Source: Candidatus Poribacteria bacterium
GTDB taxonomy: Bacteria > Poribacteria > WGA-4E > PCPOR2b
NCBI GenBank assembly: GCA_965215015.1
Contig: OZ244042.1
Location: 2,400,001-2,464,000 of the forward strand
DNA length: 64,000 bases
Direction: 5' to 3'
Shown: positions 1-8,424 of the stretch, one piece after another
Layout of the letters: each line of letters opens with the position of its first letter
How positions within the stretch are numbered: the stretch's first letter is position 1
Position numbers and translations under genes: made by a program
The notes under the pieces: generated by a model
Database searches by the model: none
The model's input: the letters and a program-made list of their open reading frames with translations, nothing else
What the model was told of the DNA's origin: nothing

Positions 1-453
1 GGACCCAATATTGAGTTTGTTCGCAATCGACACAACCACGTCTATCTTCGTGATCGTGATTCAACCGCCTCGTTGGAACTCCACCGCGATGTGAGACATT
101 GGTCACGGACCATCGTAACGGTGTTGGCCTACCTTGAGGATACCAATTTAGAAAACGGCTGCACCCATGTGGTGCCGGGATCACACATATTGCCGGACTT
201 CGTGAATCTAAACCACGGTAATCCCTTGCATCAAATTGCTTTGGACCAAGTCATCCCCGTCCCCATGAAAGCCGGTGGACTGCTGGCCATTGACAGTATG
301 ATAATTCATTCCGCTGGTAAAAACCGGACAGATGGTACACGTATGAGTATGACATTAGGGTATCATACCCTTGATGAGCTTTCTCTTGATAATCCGAAGC
401 GGATTCTGGTGCGTGGTGAGCGGATTTATAAAGGGAATGACACCAAACTATAA
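1..453 (+). CDS. Phytanoyl-CoA dioxygenase (PhyH) family Fe/2OG oxygenase, 5'-truncated by window edge
   Basis: Frame open from position 1; HxD (LHRD), NGCTHVVPGSH and distal His (IIHSAGKNRT..R) motifs. Confidence 0.85.
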   Translation, partial: GPNIEFVRNRHNHVYLRDRDSTASLELHRDVRHWSRTIVTVLAYLEDTNLENGCTHVVPGSHILPDFVNLNHGNPLHQIALDQVIPVPMKAGGLLAIDSMIIHSAGKNRTDGTRMSMTLGYHTLDELSLDNPKRILVRGERIYKGNDTKL

Positions 454-502
454 CTCGAAATGTGTAACAAGTGACCAAACAATCTGAGGGCAACAACCAT
501 AG

Positions 503-1234
503 ATGAGAAAACTGGTTTTATTTGATATTGATGGGACCATACTAAGCACAGGGGGGATTGGCGGTCGATCGCTCTACCAAGCAATCGAGGAGGTCTGCCA
601 CGAAAAGCAGATGTTCGGCGACAATCCAACACCCGAACTTGGACGGGTACGGATGTCGGGGGGGATGGACACGCAGATTGTACATGACATCTTGGAAGGT
701 GTGCTTCCCGAAAGCACCGTCCAGCAACTACTGCCTGATATTTTTGACCGTATCGCTAAACTGTTGAGAGAAGGCTGCAAAGCGGAAGGTGCAAATGTGA
801 GGTTGTTGGACGGTGTACAAGAATTGATTTTAGCGGTGATGGACCATGAGGCGTGCTTGCCTGGCCTTTTGACTGGTAATAATAAGGGCGGTGCGGCTGC
901 GAAGTTGGACGTTTTTAATTTAAACCCCTTTTTCCAGCTGGGTGCATTTGGCGACGACGCACGATCCCGTAATGCGCTGCCGGCTATCGCCGCGTGTCGT
1001 GCTTTTGAACAGACGGGCGAAAGGTTCACCGGAAAAGGCATCGTGATTATTGGAGATACACCCCGTGATATTGAGTGCGCTCGCTACGCGGGAGCCTATG
1101 CCATCGCTGTGGCTACAGGTCAATATTCTCGTGAAGAGCTAACACCATATCAACCGGATGCCCTCTTTGACGATTTGAGCGATACCCAAAGCGTGATGCA
1201 GGTGATTTTGTCGGCGAATGACGTTCAGGCGTAA
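503..1234 (+). CDS. HAD-superfamily hydrolase (phosphoglycolate phosphatase-like)
   Basis: LFDIDGT motif I and IGDTPRD motif IV. Confidence 0.9.
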   Translation: MRKLVLFDIDGTILSTGGIGGRSLYQAIEEVCHEKQMFGDNPTPELGRVRMSGGMDTQIVHDILEGVLPESTVQQLLPDIFDRIAKLLREGCKAEGANVRLLDGVQELILAVMDHEACLPGLLTGNNKGGAAAKLDVFNLNPFFQLGAFGDDARSRNALPAIAACRAFEQTGERFTGKGIVIIGDTPRDIECARYAGAYAIAVATGQYSREELTPYQPDALFDDLSDTQSVMQVILSANDVQA

Positions 1235-1950
1235 TCTTCAGCGTTGTCCTCAGGGGCATAGCCTATCTCTTTTCGGGCATTCTCAATATTCCAGTAGGCG
1301 CGTGTATTATTCGAGATACCGTAGTAGATACCAAACTTCACCGACACTGCCTCAATGCTCCGTTTGGTCAACTGCACCATATCTCGGTGGCTTAACCAGG
1401 TGGACAGGATCCGATCGCTTGTCCGGTTCTGCACCGACTCCACCGGTTGAAATGTGCCAATCCGTAAGCAGTGCACCGACAGCCCGAATTCATCGACATA
1501 GTATCTGCCCAATGCTTCACCGTAGGCTTTGCTAGCACCGTAGTGGCTATCAGGTCGTACCGGCATTTCGGGCGTTGTATAAACGCCCTCTATTTCATAG
1601 AATCCGGTTACATGGTTGGTGCTGGCAAAAATCACTTGAGGTGTGCCGGTTCGATGGGAGGCTTCGTAGATGCAATAGGTACCTAGGATGTTGTTTTCGT
1701 AGACCGATTCAAACGATGCGCCGACTTCCGGATCCCCAGCCATGTGAACGACCGAATCCACGCCCTCTACAACCTCCACCATTTTGTCGAGATCCTTGAT
1801 GCTTGCCACATAGACCTCTTCTCCCGCCGCTGCCGGAAAAACAGTCCTGTGATAGAGGAGTCGCAAATCATAATCATCTTTCAGTCCATCTCGCAGCACC
1901 CGTCCGATTTTGCCCGCCGCGCCCGTGATAAGTACCTTCTTCCGTTTCAT
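1225..1950 (-). CDS. NAD-dependent epimerase/dehydrogenase, uronate dehydrogenase-like
   Basis: TGAAGKIG Rossmann motif, ASTNHVTGFY, YGASK catalytic motif and LSTWLSHRD, all typical of Udh-like extended SDRs. Confidence 0.8.
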   Translation of the reverse strand: MKRKKVLITGAAGKIGRVLRDGLKDDYDLRLLYHRTVFPAAAGEEVYVASIKDLDKMVEVVEGVDSVVHMAGDPEVGASFESVYENNILGTYCIYEASHRTGTPQVIFASTNHVTGFYEIEGVYTTPEMPVRPDSHYGASKAYGEALGRYYVDEFGLSVHCLRIGTFQPVESVQNRTSDRILSTWLSHRDMVQLTKRSIEAVSVKFGIYYGISNNTRAYWNIENARKEIGYAPEDNAEDYA

Positions 1951-2162
1951 CTCTGTGCCCCTTTCTAATCTCTCATTGAATTAAGAATAGATTTAGTACG
2001 CACTATCTATTTTGCCATCTATTTTGCCATCTATTCGGTGTAAAGTCAAGTGTATATCCATTGAGGTTATGTCTGCCTATTCTCCGGTAATATCGGATTT
2101 GATAAGTGCCGCGTATGAAGTCTTTCCTGCCTTTCTGAATTTCTGCTACCAACTGTTTTTCG

Positions 2163-2190
2163 TTGACATTTCCGTGTAAGTCGATATAAT
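2163..2190 (+). promoter_or_regulatory. Sigma70-type promoter
   Basis: TTGACA (2163-2168), 16 bp spacer, TATAAT (2185-2190). Confidence 0.6.
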
Positions 2191-2197
2191 GTCAAAC

Positions 2198-2420
2198 TAG
2201 GGGAATTGCATCTGTTATAGAAATTAGGTAATTGAGTAATCATAAGCTTGGGTGAACCCCCGTCATGGCGCAGGTTTGCTAACCCCGATTTCATCGTGGG
2301 CAGGCTCTGTGGGCAACCCCAGGGTCCATTTGTCATTATATCCTATTGCGTTAAAATATCTTGGCTCATGTTAAGAAATCGTGCAGCAGCCCCGAGTTTT
2401 TGGCAAAAGCTCAGGGGCTC
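2198..2420. repeat. Mosaic intergenic repeat starting with TAGGGGAATTGCATC end
   Basis: First ~80 bp match 13373-13450; internal module aaccccgatttca..gggcaggctctg recurs near 46445 and reversed near 24170. Confidence 0.7.
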
Positions 2421-2447
2421 TTAGCATCTTGCACTTTCTTTTAGTAT

Positions 2448-2631
2448 TAGGACTTACGCAGTTGAAGGTTCAACGCCTCCGTTGAGAGAGTCTTTGACCT
2501 ATAGTTCGACGGTTTATCGCCGCTAGACACCGTTCCCAACGCCCGATGAATCGGGCAACTCCAGTGGGTGTACTATTAAGTATCCGTAGGAAACAGCGAT
2601 AGTTGTTCCCTACTGAAGTGGGTAACTCCTA
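2448..2631. mobile_element. MITE-like element with TAGGACTTACGCA / GGTAACTCCTA ends and internal REP hairpins
   Basis: Imperfect terminal inverted repeats; same ends and internal gatgaatcgggcaact module at 46106-46234. Confidence 0.75.
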
Positions 2632-2763
2632 AGTATAATCGGGCACCAATGAACTAATGAACCCATGAACAAATGGTTTTCACGTTTCACGCTTTTTGCG
2701 TTTTGTACTTTCTTTTAACATGAGCCAATATCTGTACGGACTTATCAACGGAGGTAACAAACT

Positions 2764-3621
2764 ATGGCACTTCTTGATATAGAAACGCAAATCTCTGTTT
2801 TGATTGGTGGTTTTACGGGAGGGTTGGACCACCCTGAATGTATCAGCTGGGGCTGCGATGGCTTTGCGTATGCCGGCGGTGAATTGGGCCAGGTGTACCG
2901 AATCAACGTGGAGCAGCGAGAGTTTGAAGAGTTTGCCAATACCGGCGGATTCGTAGGAGGAATCGCCCAAGACGCGAAGCAACACCTTTATGTATGTAGT
3001 GGGGGTGTTAAACGGGTTGAACCGGACGGAACGGTGAGCGTCTACTGCGATGGTACGGACGAGCAGTCCTTCAGCGGAGCAAATTACCCCGTATTCGATC
3101 GCCACGGCAATCTTTATGTGTCCCACTCAGGTGGGTGGAAAAAGGATAACGGTTGCATCTTTCGGATTGCTCCGGGCGGGCAAGGCGAGGTCTGGTGTTG
3201 CAGTCTGACCCAATTTCCGAACGGTTTAGCAATGGACGCAGCAGGTGCATACCTCTATGTCGCTATGAGTCTCAATCCACCGTGTGTTGACCGTGTTGAA
3301 ATCAAAGCAGATGGGAGTGCCGGCGATGTCGAGACGCTAGTTCACTTACCGGGGACCGTGCCAGACGGATTGGCGTTTGACACCGAAGGAAACCTGTATA
3401 TCTCCTGCTACCGTCCCGATCGAATCTACCGGCTGACACCGGACAGACAGCTCGACGTGCTGGCAGAAGATTACGAAGGCACAGTGATTGCTGCCCCGAC
3501 GAATATCGCCTTCTGCGGTCAGAGCCTCGATCTCTTTCTCAGTGCGAACTTGGGACGCTGGCACATCACGCACTACGACTTAGGAAAGACGGGAATGCCG
3601 TTGAACTACCCGGATATCTAA
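2764..3621 (+). CDS. SMP-30/gluconolactonase/LRE family beta-propeller protein
   Basis: LDHPE, FPNGLA, VPDGLAFD and PTNIAF motifs; GGAGG RBS. Confidence 0.9.
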   Translation: MALLDIETQISVLIGGFTGGLDHPECISWGCDGFAYAGGELGQVYRINVEQREFEEFANTGGFVGGIAQDAKQHLYVCSGGVKRVEPDGTVSVYCDGTDEQSFSGANYPVFDRHGNLYVSHSGGWKKDNGCIFRIAPGGQGEVWCCSLTQFPNGLAMDAAGAYLYVAMSLNPPCVDRVEIKADGSAGDVETLVHLPGTVPDGLAFDTEGNLYISCYRPDRIYRLTPDRQLDVLAEDYEGTVIAAPTNIAFCGQSLDLFLSANLGRWHITHYDLGKTGMPLNYPDI

Positions 3622-3777
3622 AAAACTGTGGCGGTCCCGCTCAACCCTGGCTATAACTTTGACGGCCTTAGGGCCTTTTTGAAAAGCCCTCCCCGATAGG
3701 ATTGGGATTCAGAGCAACATGACATATCGGGGTGGGACAAGATGCCCCACCTACGGGAACGATGGAAAATTATCAAG

Positions 3778-4542
3778 ATGAAAACTAACTGGGTCCGAGA
3801 AAAAATCCTCTCCGGTCAACCGACCATCGGTTGCTTCATGGGCTTGGGCAGCCCAAACCTTGCTGAACTCTTGGCACATGCTGGGTATGATTGGTTGGTT
3901 ATTGAAACAGAACACAACGCGCTCGATTCTGCCCAGATTGAGCACATGCTCATGGCGATAAATGGGGCCGAAGCCATTCCCATTGTCCGCATCCCTTCTG
4001 CCAATCCGGTCTTCATCCAAAGAGCATTAGACATAGGTGGCATGGGCATTCTTGTGCCGATGGTAAAGACAGCCGATGAAGCGCAGGCTATCGTTGATGC
4101 CACGCGCTATCCGCCGCAAGGTACGCGCGGCTGGGGACCATTGCGTGCCTCGCAATACACGGTTGACAATGAGGATTATTTCTACCGGGCGAATGACAAT
4201 ATACTTGTCTTTTTGCTCATCGAGACCAAAGAGGCTGTGGAAAACTTGGAGGCAATCGGGGCTGCCCCTGGAGTTGATGTGTTGTACATCGGTATGTGGG
4301 ATCTGTGCCTGTCGATCGGATTAAACCCGCTGCACATGCCATTTCCAGAAACTGACGCTGTCATTGAACGCGCCCTAGAGGTTGGTCGGAAGGTCGGCGT
4401 TGCCATCGGGTTCGGGGAGAGTACGCCAGAGGGATTGCAGAGGCGACAAGCACAAGGTTTCACTGTGTTGGGCTATGGCCCTGATTACTACCTGCTTTTA
4501 CAAGCAGCCCGTGCAGGTTTGGAGGTATTCAAGCGATCATAG
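3778..4542 (+). CDS. HpcH/HpaI (GarL/RhmA-like) class II 2-keto-3-deoxy sugar-acid aldolase
   Basis: GYDWLVIETEH, RYPPQGTRG and LIET motifs; ATG 3778 chosen because the upstream extension runs through a REP. Confidence 0.88.
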   Translation: MKTNWVREKILSGQPTIGCFMGLGSPNLAELLAHAGYDWLVIETEHNALDSAQIEHMLMAINGAEAIPIVRIPSANPVFIQRALDIGGMGILVPMVKTADEAQAIVDATRYPPQGTRGWGPLRASQYTVDNEDYFYRANDNILVFLLIETKEAVENLEAIGAAPGVDVLYIGMWDLCLSIGLNPLHMPFPETDAVIERALEVGRKVGVAIGFGESTPEGLQRRQAQGFTVLGYGPDYYLLLQAARAGLEVFKRS

Positions 4543-4812
4543 AGGTAGCGGTATTTCACCTGCACGATGCACCGGGGTTAAGCAAGATATTAACCTTTGG
4601 TACGAGTCGGTGAGACTGTCGTTTCCACATCGTTCAAGAGTGGGTTGGTTCATTAAAGAGGAGCTCTGTTGTTCAAGAGTTCATTAATGTACCAATAAGT
4701 TTCACTCTCCGCCTTCGATCGAAGAGTGTATCAGCAGTTGCAAACTAGCACCATTGATTTATAGCAGCCCGGAGACCAATACAACCAAGCCAACGTAGAA
4801 ACGTATCTGCAA

Positions 4813-6054
4813 TCAATGCCTCAAGTGTAGACCATTGTGGGGGTGACAATCAAAGTGCCCGCCGTAATGGACTTCATAGATGTACTCATAAACTGCTTCC
4901 GAAACGCGCCGTAGCGTATCAGATCGGCGTCGCACCCATACTGAAAAGGCTTGGGAGCGGTTGCGACGATCGGTTTTGGTCTGGTCCTCAATCATGCCGG
5001 TAAAGATGTAAGCCCGCTGTTTACCCTGTGGACCAATGATTGCCAAGACCCCACTGTCGGCGACCAAGCCATAGACGGTTCCGGTCTTGTGGTACACACG
5101 GACATTTGACGGAATACAGGTTTTATCGTGGATCCGATCGCCGTTGGGAAGTCCTAGATAGTATTTCATCTTGTCTGAATATGGCAGGTTCCTAAGCCAC
5201 AACTGGTTATAGAATTTATTCAGTTCGTGTGCTGAAGTTGTGTTTCGATAAGTTCTACCACCAATGGGAATATATTCAACGATGCGAGTCTGCTTAAAAT
5301 AGGGATAGTTCTGTTTTAAGATTCGATCCACGCTGCGAGGTCCACCGAGCAATCTTATGAAATAATTGGTTGATGTGTTCGCACTTTTCTGAATCATCTG
5401 ACGAAGATGGCTGCGATTCTGAGAGGTATGCTCGAGGCGTTTGTGTTTCACCTCATGAAAGTAAGCGAGCATAATAAAATTCTTGATTAACGAGGCCGCC
5501 ATCATTGTTCGGTCTTCGTTGATTGAAACCACTTTTTTTTGCTTGGTCACATCATAGATAACAAAGCTGGTTCGGTCGGTGTTTGCAAGTCTACCCCTGT
5601 GTCGCAGTCCCTTGATGTATCGATCAATGTTCGCCTCAAGGTTGGAATCCAAGGTAGTATCGAATCGCTGCGGCTTAGATCTGTGCTTGATTGGTATAGA
5701 GGGGTAATGCCGATTAGGAATTGGGCAGGCAGCTTCATTCCCTACCTCTTTTGTTACACCTGCTTGATGAAGCAACTTTGCCTGATACCCTGCCACCCGG
5801 CGGATCATCTCATAATTGCCATCGCGATCATAGATGACGCCGTACTGACCTTTTTGGTTCTGTACCACCTTAATCTGCTTTGCGATATTCGGACCTAACG
5901 CCTGCTTAACTTTGCTGGCATATGCTTTAGCAGTATCTTGCTTCGTCGACCAGAAATAACTCACATCATAAGTTCTAACTGCGAATGACACAGACACGAG
6001 TAATAGGAAATTGATTAAACTGCAAATGAACAAATACGTGTATATTCTCGTCAT
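4813..6054 (-). CDS. Exported serine hydrolase, class A beta-lactamase-like fold, with N-terminal extension
   Basis: Signal-peptide-like N-terminus; SxxK (ASLIK), SxN (SAN) and KTG motifs; alternative start 6084. Confidence 0.8.
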   Translation of the reverse strand: MTRIYTYLFICSLINFLLLVSVSFAVRTYDVSYFWSTKQDTAKAYASKVKQALGPNIAKQIKVVQNQKGQYGVIYDRDGNYEMIRRVAGYQAKLLHQAGVTKEVGNEAACPIPNRHYPSIPIKHRSKPQRFDTTLDSNLEANIDRYIKGLRHRGRLANTDRTSFVIYDVTKQKKVVSINEDRTMMAASLIKNFIMLAYFHEVKHKRLEHTSQNRSHLRQMIQKSANTSTNYFIRLLGGPRSVDRILKQNYPYFKQTRIVEYIPIGGRTYRNTTSAHELNKFYNQLWLRNLPYSDKMKYYLGLPNGDRIHDKTCIPSNVRVYHKTGTVYGLVADSGVLAIIGPQGKQRAYIFTGMIEDQTKTDRRNRSQAFSVWVRRRSDTLRRVSEAVYEYIYEVHYGGHFDCHPHNGLHLRH

Positions 6055-6104
6055 AGATAAAAAGATTACGTGGAAAGCAAGCACATCAACGTTTCATCAT
6101 TTCG

Positions 6105-6133
6105 TTGACAGGTTCGCCATTTTTGGTTATGCT
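6105..6133 (+). promoter_or_regulatory. Sigma70-type promoter
   Basis: TTGACA (6105-6110), 17 bp spacer, TATGCT (6128-6133). Confidence 0.65.
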
Positions 6134-6137
6134 ATCA

Positions 6138-6385
6138 TCTGAAAATGGTTTGAAACGCCACCGGAGTGTCTCCGTTGTACGAGTCTCACGCACAACGGAG
6201 GGTTGGTGATAGAGGCGAGATGATGTCTCGCTCATTTCACCTTGACTCAATTGAAGGGGACATTTCCCGCAATTCTGTTAGATCTGCGTGGCCAATTGTA
6301 CTATGATAGTCTAAAGACGTGCCAAACTTTCAAAGGTTTAACCAATGAGAGGCATCGTGGGACGTGAAAACCATAGATTTTTTTG
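6138..6385 (+). ncRNA. Candidate structured ncRNA, possibly 6S RNA-like
   Basis: No ORF; starts at the predicted TSS; the 5' 40 nt can pair with 6342-6377; followed by a T-run. Confidence 0.35.
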
Positions 6386-6676
6386 ACTGATACGAAATCC
6401 AGACAGGCAAGCCTGCCTGTTATCAACACAGCTTTCTCTTTTCAACAGCGGGCGACACTTCAGCGTTCTCCTTAGGAAAGAAATCAGAAAATTGGCTGAC
6501 CCCGACGATGTTCAGAAGTAGATGGGTGCCAACAGGAATATCTGTGGGGTTTGAATAAAGCAAAAGCACACCTCTTATTAATTAAATCAACGGGTCAAAC
6601 CACGGTTAGGTTTCTAAGTAAATTAATGGGGCCGTGCAGATTCTCGTGAATCTGCATTATTCCCAGCAGTTTTTGC

Positions 6677-6692
6677 AGCCACAACCGTGCCA
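6677..6692 (-). promoter_or_regulatory. Possible sigma54 (-24/-12) promoter
   Basis: Minus strand TGGCAC-GGTTG-TGGC (GG-N10-GC), divergent from a sigma54 activator gene. Confidence 0.35.
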
Positions 6693-6735
6693 GAAATAGT
6701 TTTCCCAACGGAAAGGGGAACCTTGAATTGATGTC

Positions 6736-8094
6736 ATGAAACAACAATTCAAACCAAACATATTAATCATCGACGATGAAGCCAGCATCTGCGAATCCCT
6801 ACAAGGTGTTTTAGAAGACGAGGGGTACAACGCCGTAACGGCTTCCAGTGGCGAAATGGGGATTCACTCCCTTGCGAGTGAGTCGATTGACTTGGTGTTT
6901 CTGGATATTTTGATGCCCGGTGGTCTTGACGGGCTTGAAACACTACGCCGAATTAAGCAAATATCCCCCGATACAGAAGTCATCATGATCACCGGCCACG
7001 GTACTTTTGAGCTTGCATTGGAGGCAGGGAGCATGGGGGCACTTGACTTCTTGGGAAAGCCCCTTTCGCTCGATATTATACTGGATAAAGTGAAAGAAGT
7101 TGTCCAGAAAATTGAACGCAGGCGGACACAACCAGCACAGGACAACAGTGATTTTGAACGTCCGATTATCGGTACTAGCCAACCGATGCAAGAAATCTTG
7201 ACAAAAATCCGACAAATTGCGCCGACCAATGGACGCGTCCTCATCACCGGCGAGAGTGGTACCGGCAAGGAATTGATTGCTTACGCGATTCATAACCTTA
7301 GTTTAAGGCATAAATCTGCTTTTGTCAAAGTAAATTGTGCGGCTATCCCGGCGGATCTCATTGAATCCGAGCTTTTTGGACATGAACGCGGTGCTTTCAC
7401 CGGCGCATCAAGCCGGCGCATCGGGAAATTTGAGCAGGCTGATGGGGGCACAATTTTTCTCGACGAAATTGCCGATATGAGTCCATCAACACAAGCAAAG
7501 GTGCTCCGTATCCTTGGGGAACAAGAATTTGAGCGGGTTGGTGGTGGACAAACCGTTCATGTTGATGTCCGTGTCATTTCTGCGACGAACAAAAACTTGC
7601 AGGAGGAGATTCAGAACCACAACTTTCGTGAGGATCTCTACTACCGATTGAATGTTGTGCCTCTCCACATCTTGCCTTTGCGCGAGCGAGTTACAGATCT
7701 CCCTTTACTCATTGATTATTTTTTGTCTCGATTCTGTCGAGAAAATCAGAAGCCGAAAATGACGATGCACAAAAATGTGCAGGAGGTTCTGAGCAGATAT
7801 AGCTGGCCCGGCAATGTCCGAGAACTTCGCAATATGATAGAGCGGCTTGTCATCCTGTGTCCGCGTGAAACCATTGAGGTTGACGACTTACCTGTGGAAC
7901 TCAATCGCCGCGACAATCTGTCTCAGATCAGCACCGAGATACCACTCAGAGAGGCGAAAAACAAATTTGAGCACCATTTTATCCGAAACTGTCTTCAGAC
8001 AAACGACTGGAATGTTACTGAAACTGCTAGGCAGCTTGGTATTGAGCGCACGAATTTGCATCGCAAAATGCGGCAATATAATATAAAGCGTTGA
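6736..8094 (+). CDS. Sigma54-dependent response regulator (NtrC/NtrX family)
   Basis: REC domain, GESGTGKE Walker A, GAFTGA, LFLDEI-like Walker B (IFLDEI), WPGNVREL, C-terminal Fis-type HTH. Confidence 0.95.
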   Translation: MKQQFKPNILIIDDEASICESLQGVLEDEGYNAVTASSGEMGIHSLASESIDLVFLDILMPGGLDGLETLRRIKQISPDTEVIMITGHGTFELALEAGSMGALDFLGKPLSLDIILDKVKEVVQKIERRRTQPAQDNSDFERPIIGTSQPMQEILTKIRQIAPTNGRVLITGESGTGKELIAYAIHNLSLRHKSAFVKVNCAAIPADLIESELFGHERGAFTGASSRRIGKFEQADGGTIFLDEIADMSPSTQAKVLRILGEQEFERVGGGQTVHVDVRVISATNKNLQEEIQNHNFREDLYYRLNVVPLHILPLRERVTDLPLLIDYFLSRFCRENQKPKMTMHKNVQEVLSRYSWPGNVRELRNMIERLVILCPRETIEVDDLPVELNRRDNLSQISTEIPLREAKNKFEHHFIRNCLQTNDWNVTETARQLGIERTNLHRKMRQYNIKR

Positions 8095-8156
8095 TGTAAT
8101 GAGATGCTGTGAGCAGCGACAGCTTACTCAGCTGCACAATGAAAGGAGAAAGAAGT

Positions 8157-8351
8157 ATGGAAATAAAAGTTTACAATAACAACGTCGAGAAAGCACTGAG
8201 GGATTTGAAACGGAAGCTCCAGAGAGACGGTTTTATCACAGAGCTCAGAAACAGGCGTTTCTATGAAAAGCCTTCCGAAAAAAGGAATCGAAAACAGAAA
8301 GAAGCAAAAAGAAAAAGGGCAAAGGCTCGAAACTTTGAACGTTTGGGGTAA
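8157..8351 (+). CDS. rpsU: 30S ribosomal protein bS21
   Basis: [18 protein letters not shown]...[11 protein letters not shown]; AGGAG RBS before ATG 8157. Confidence 0.93.
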   Translation: MEIKVYNNNVEKALRDLKRKLQRDGFITELRNRRFYEKPSEKRNRKQKEAKRKRAKARNFERLG

Positions 8352-8424
8352 GTAATCGTACAATAAGTAATCGTACAAATGGAACACTTCACACTACTCC
8401 CTATGCGTTAAAGGAGGCATTTCC

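Noticed and set aside
6334-6420. c-di-GMP-I or c-di-AMP riboswitch
   Set aside because: Only loose resemblance (TGGGACG); the GCAAAC, GNRA and GGGGGA core motifs are absent
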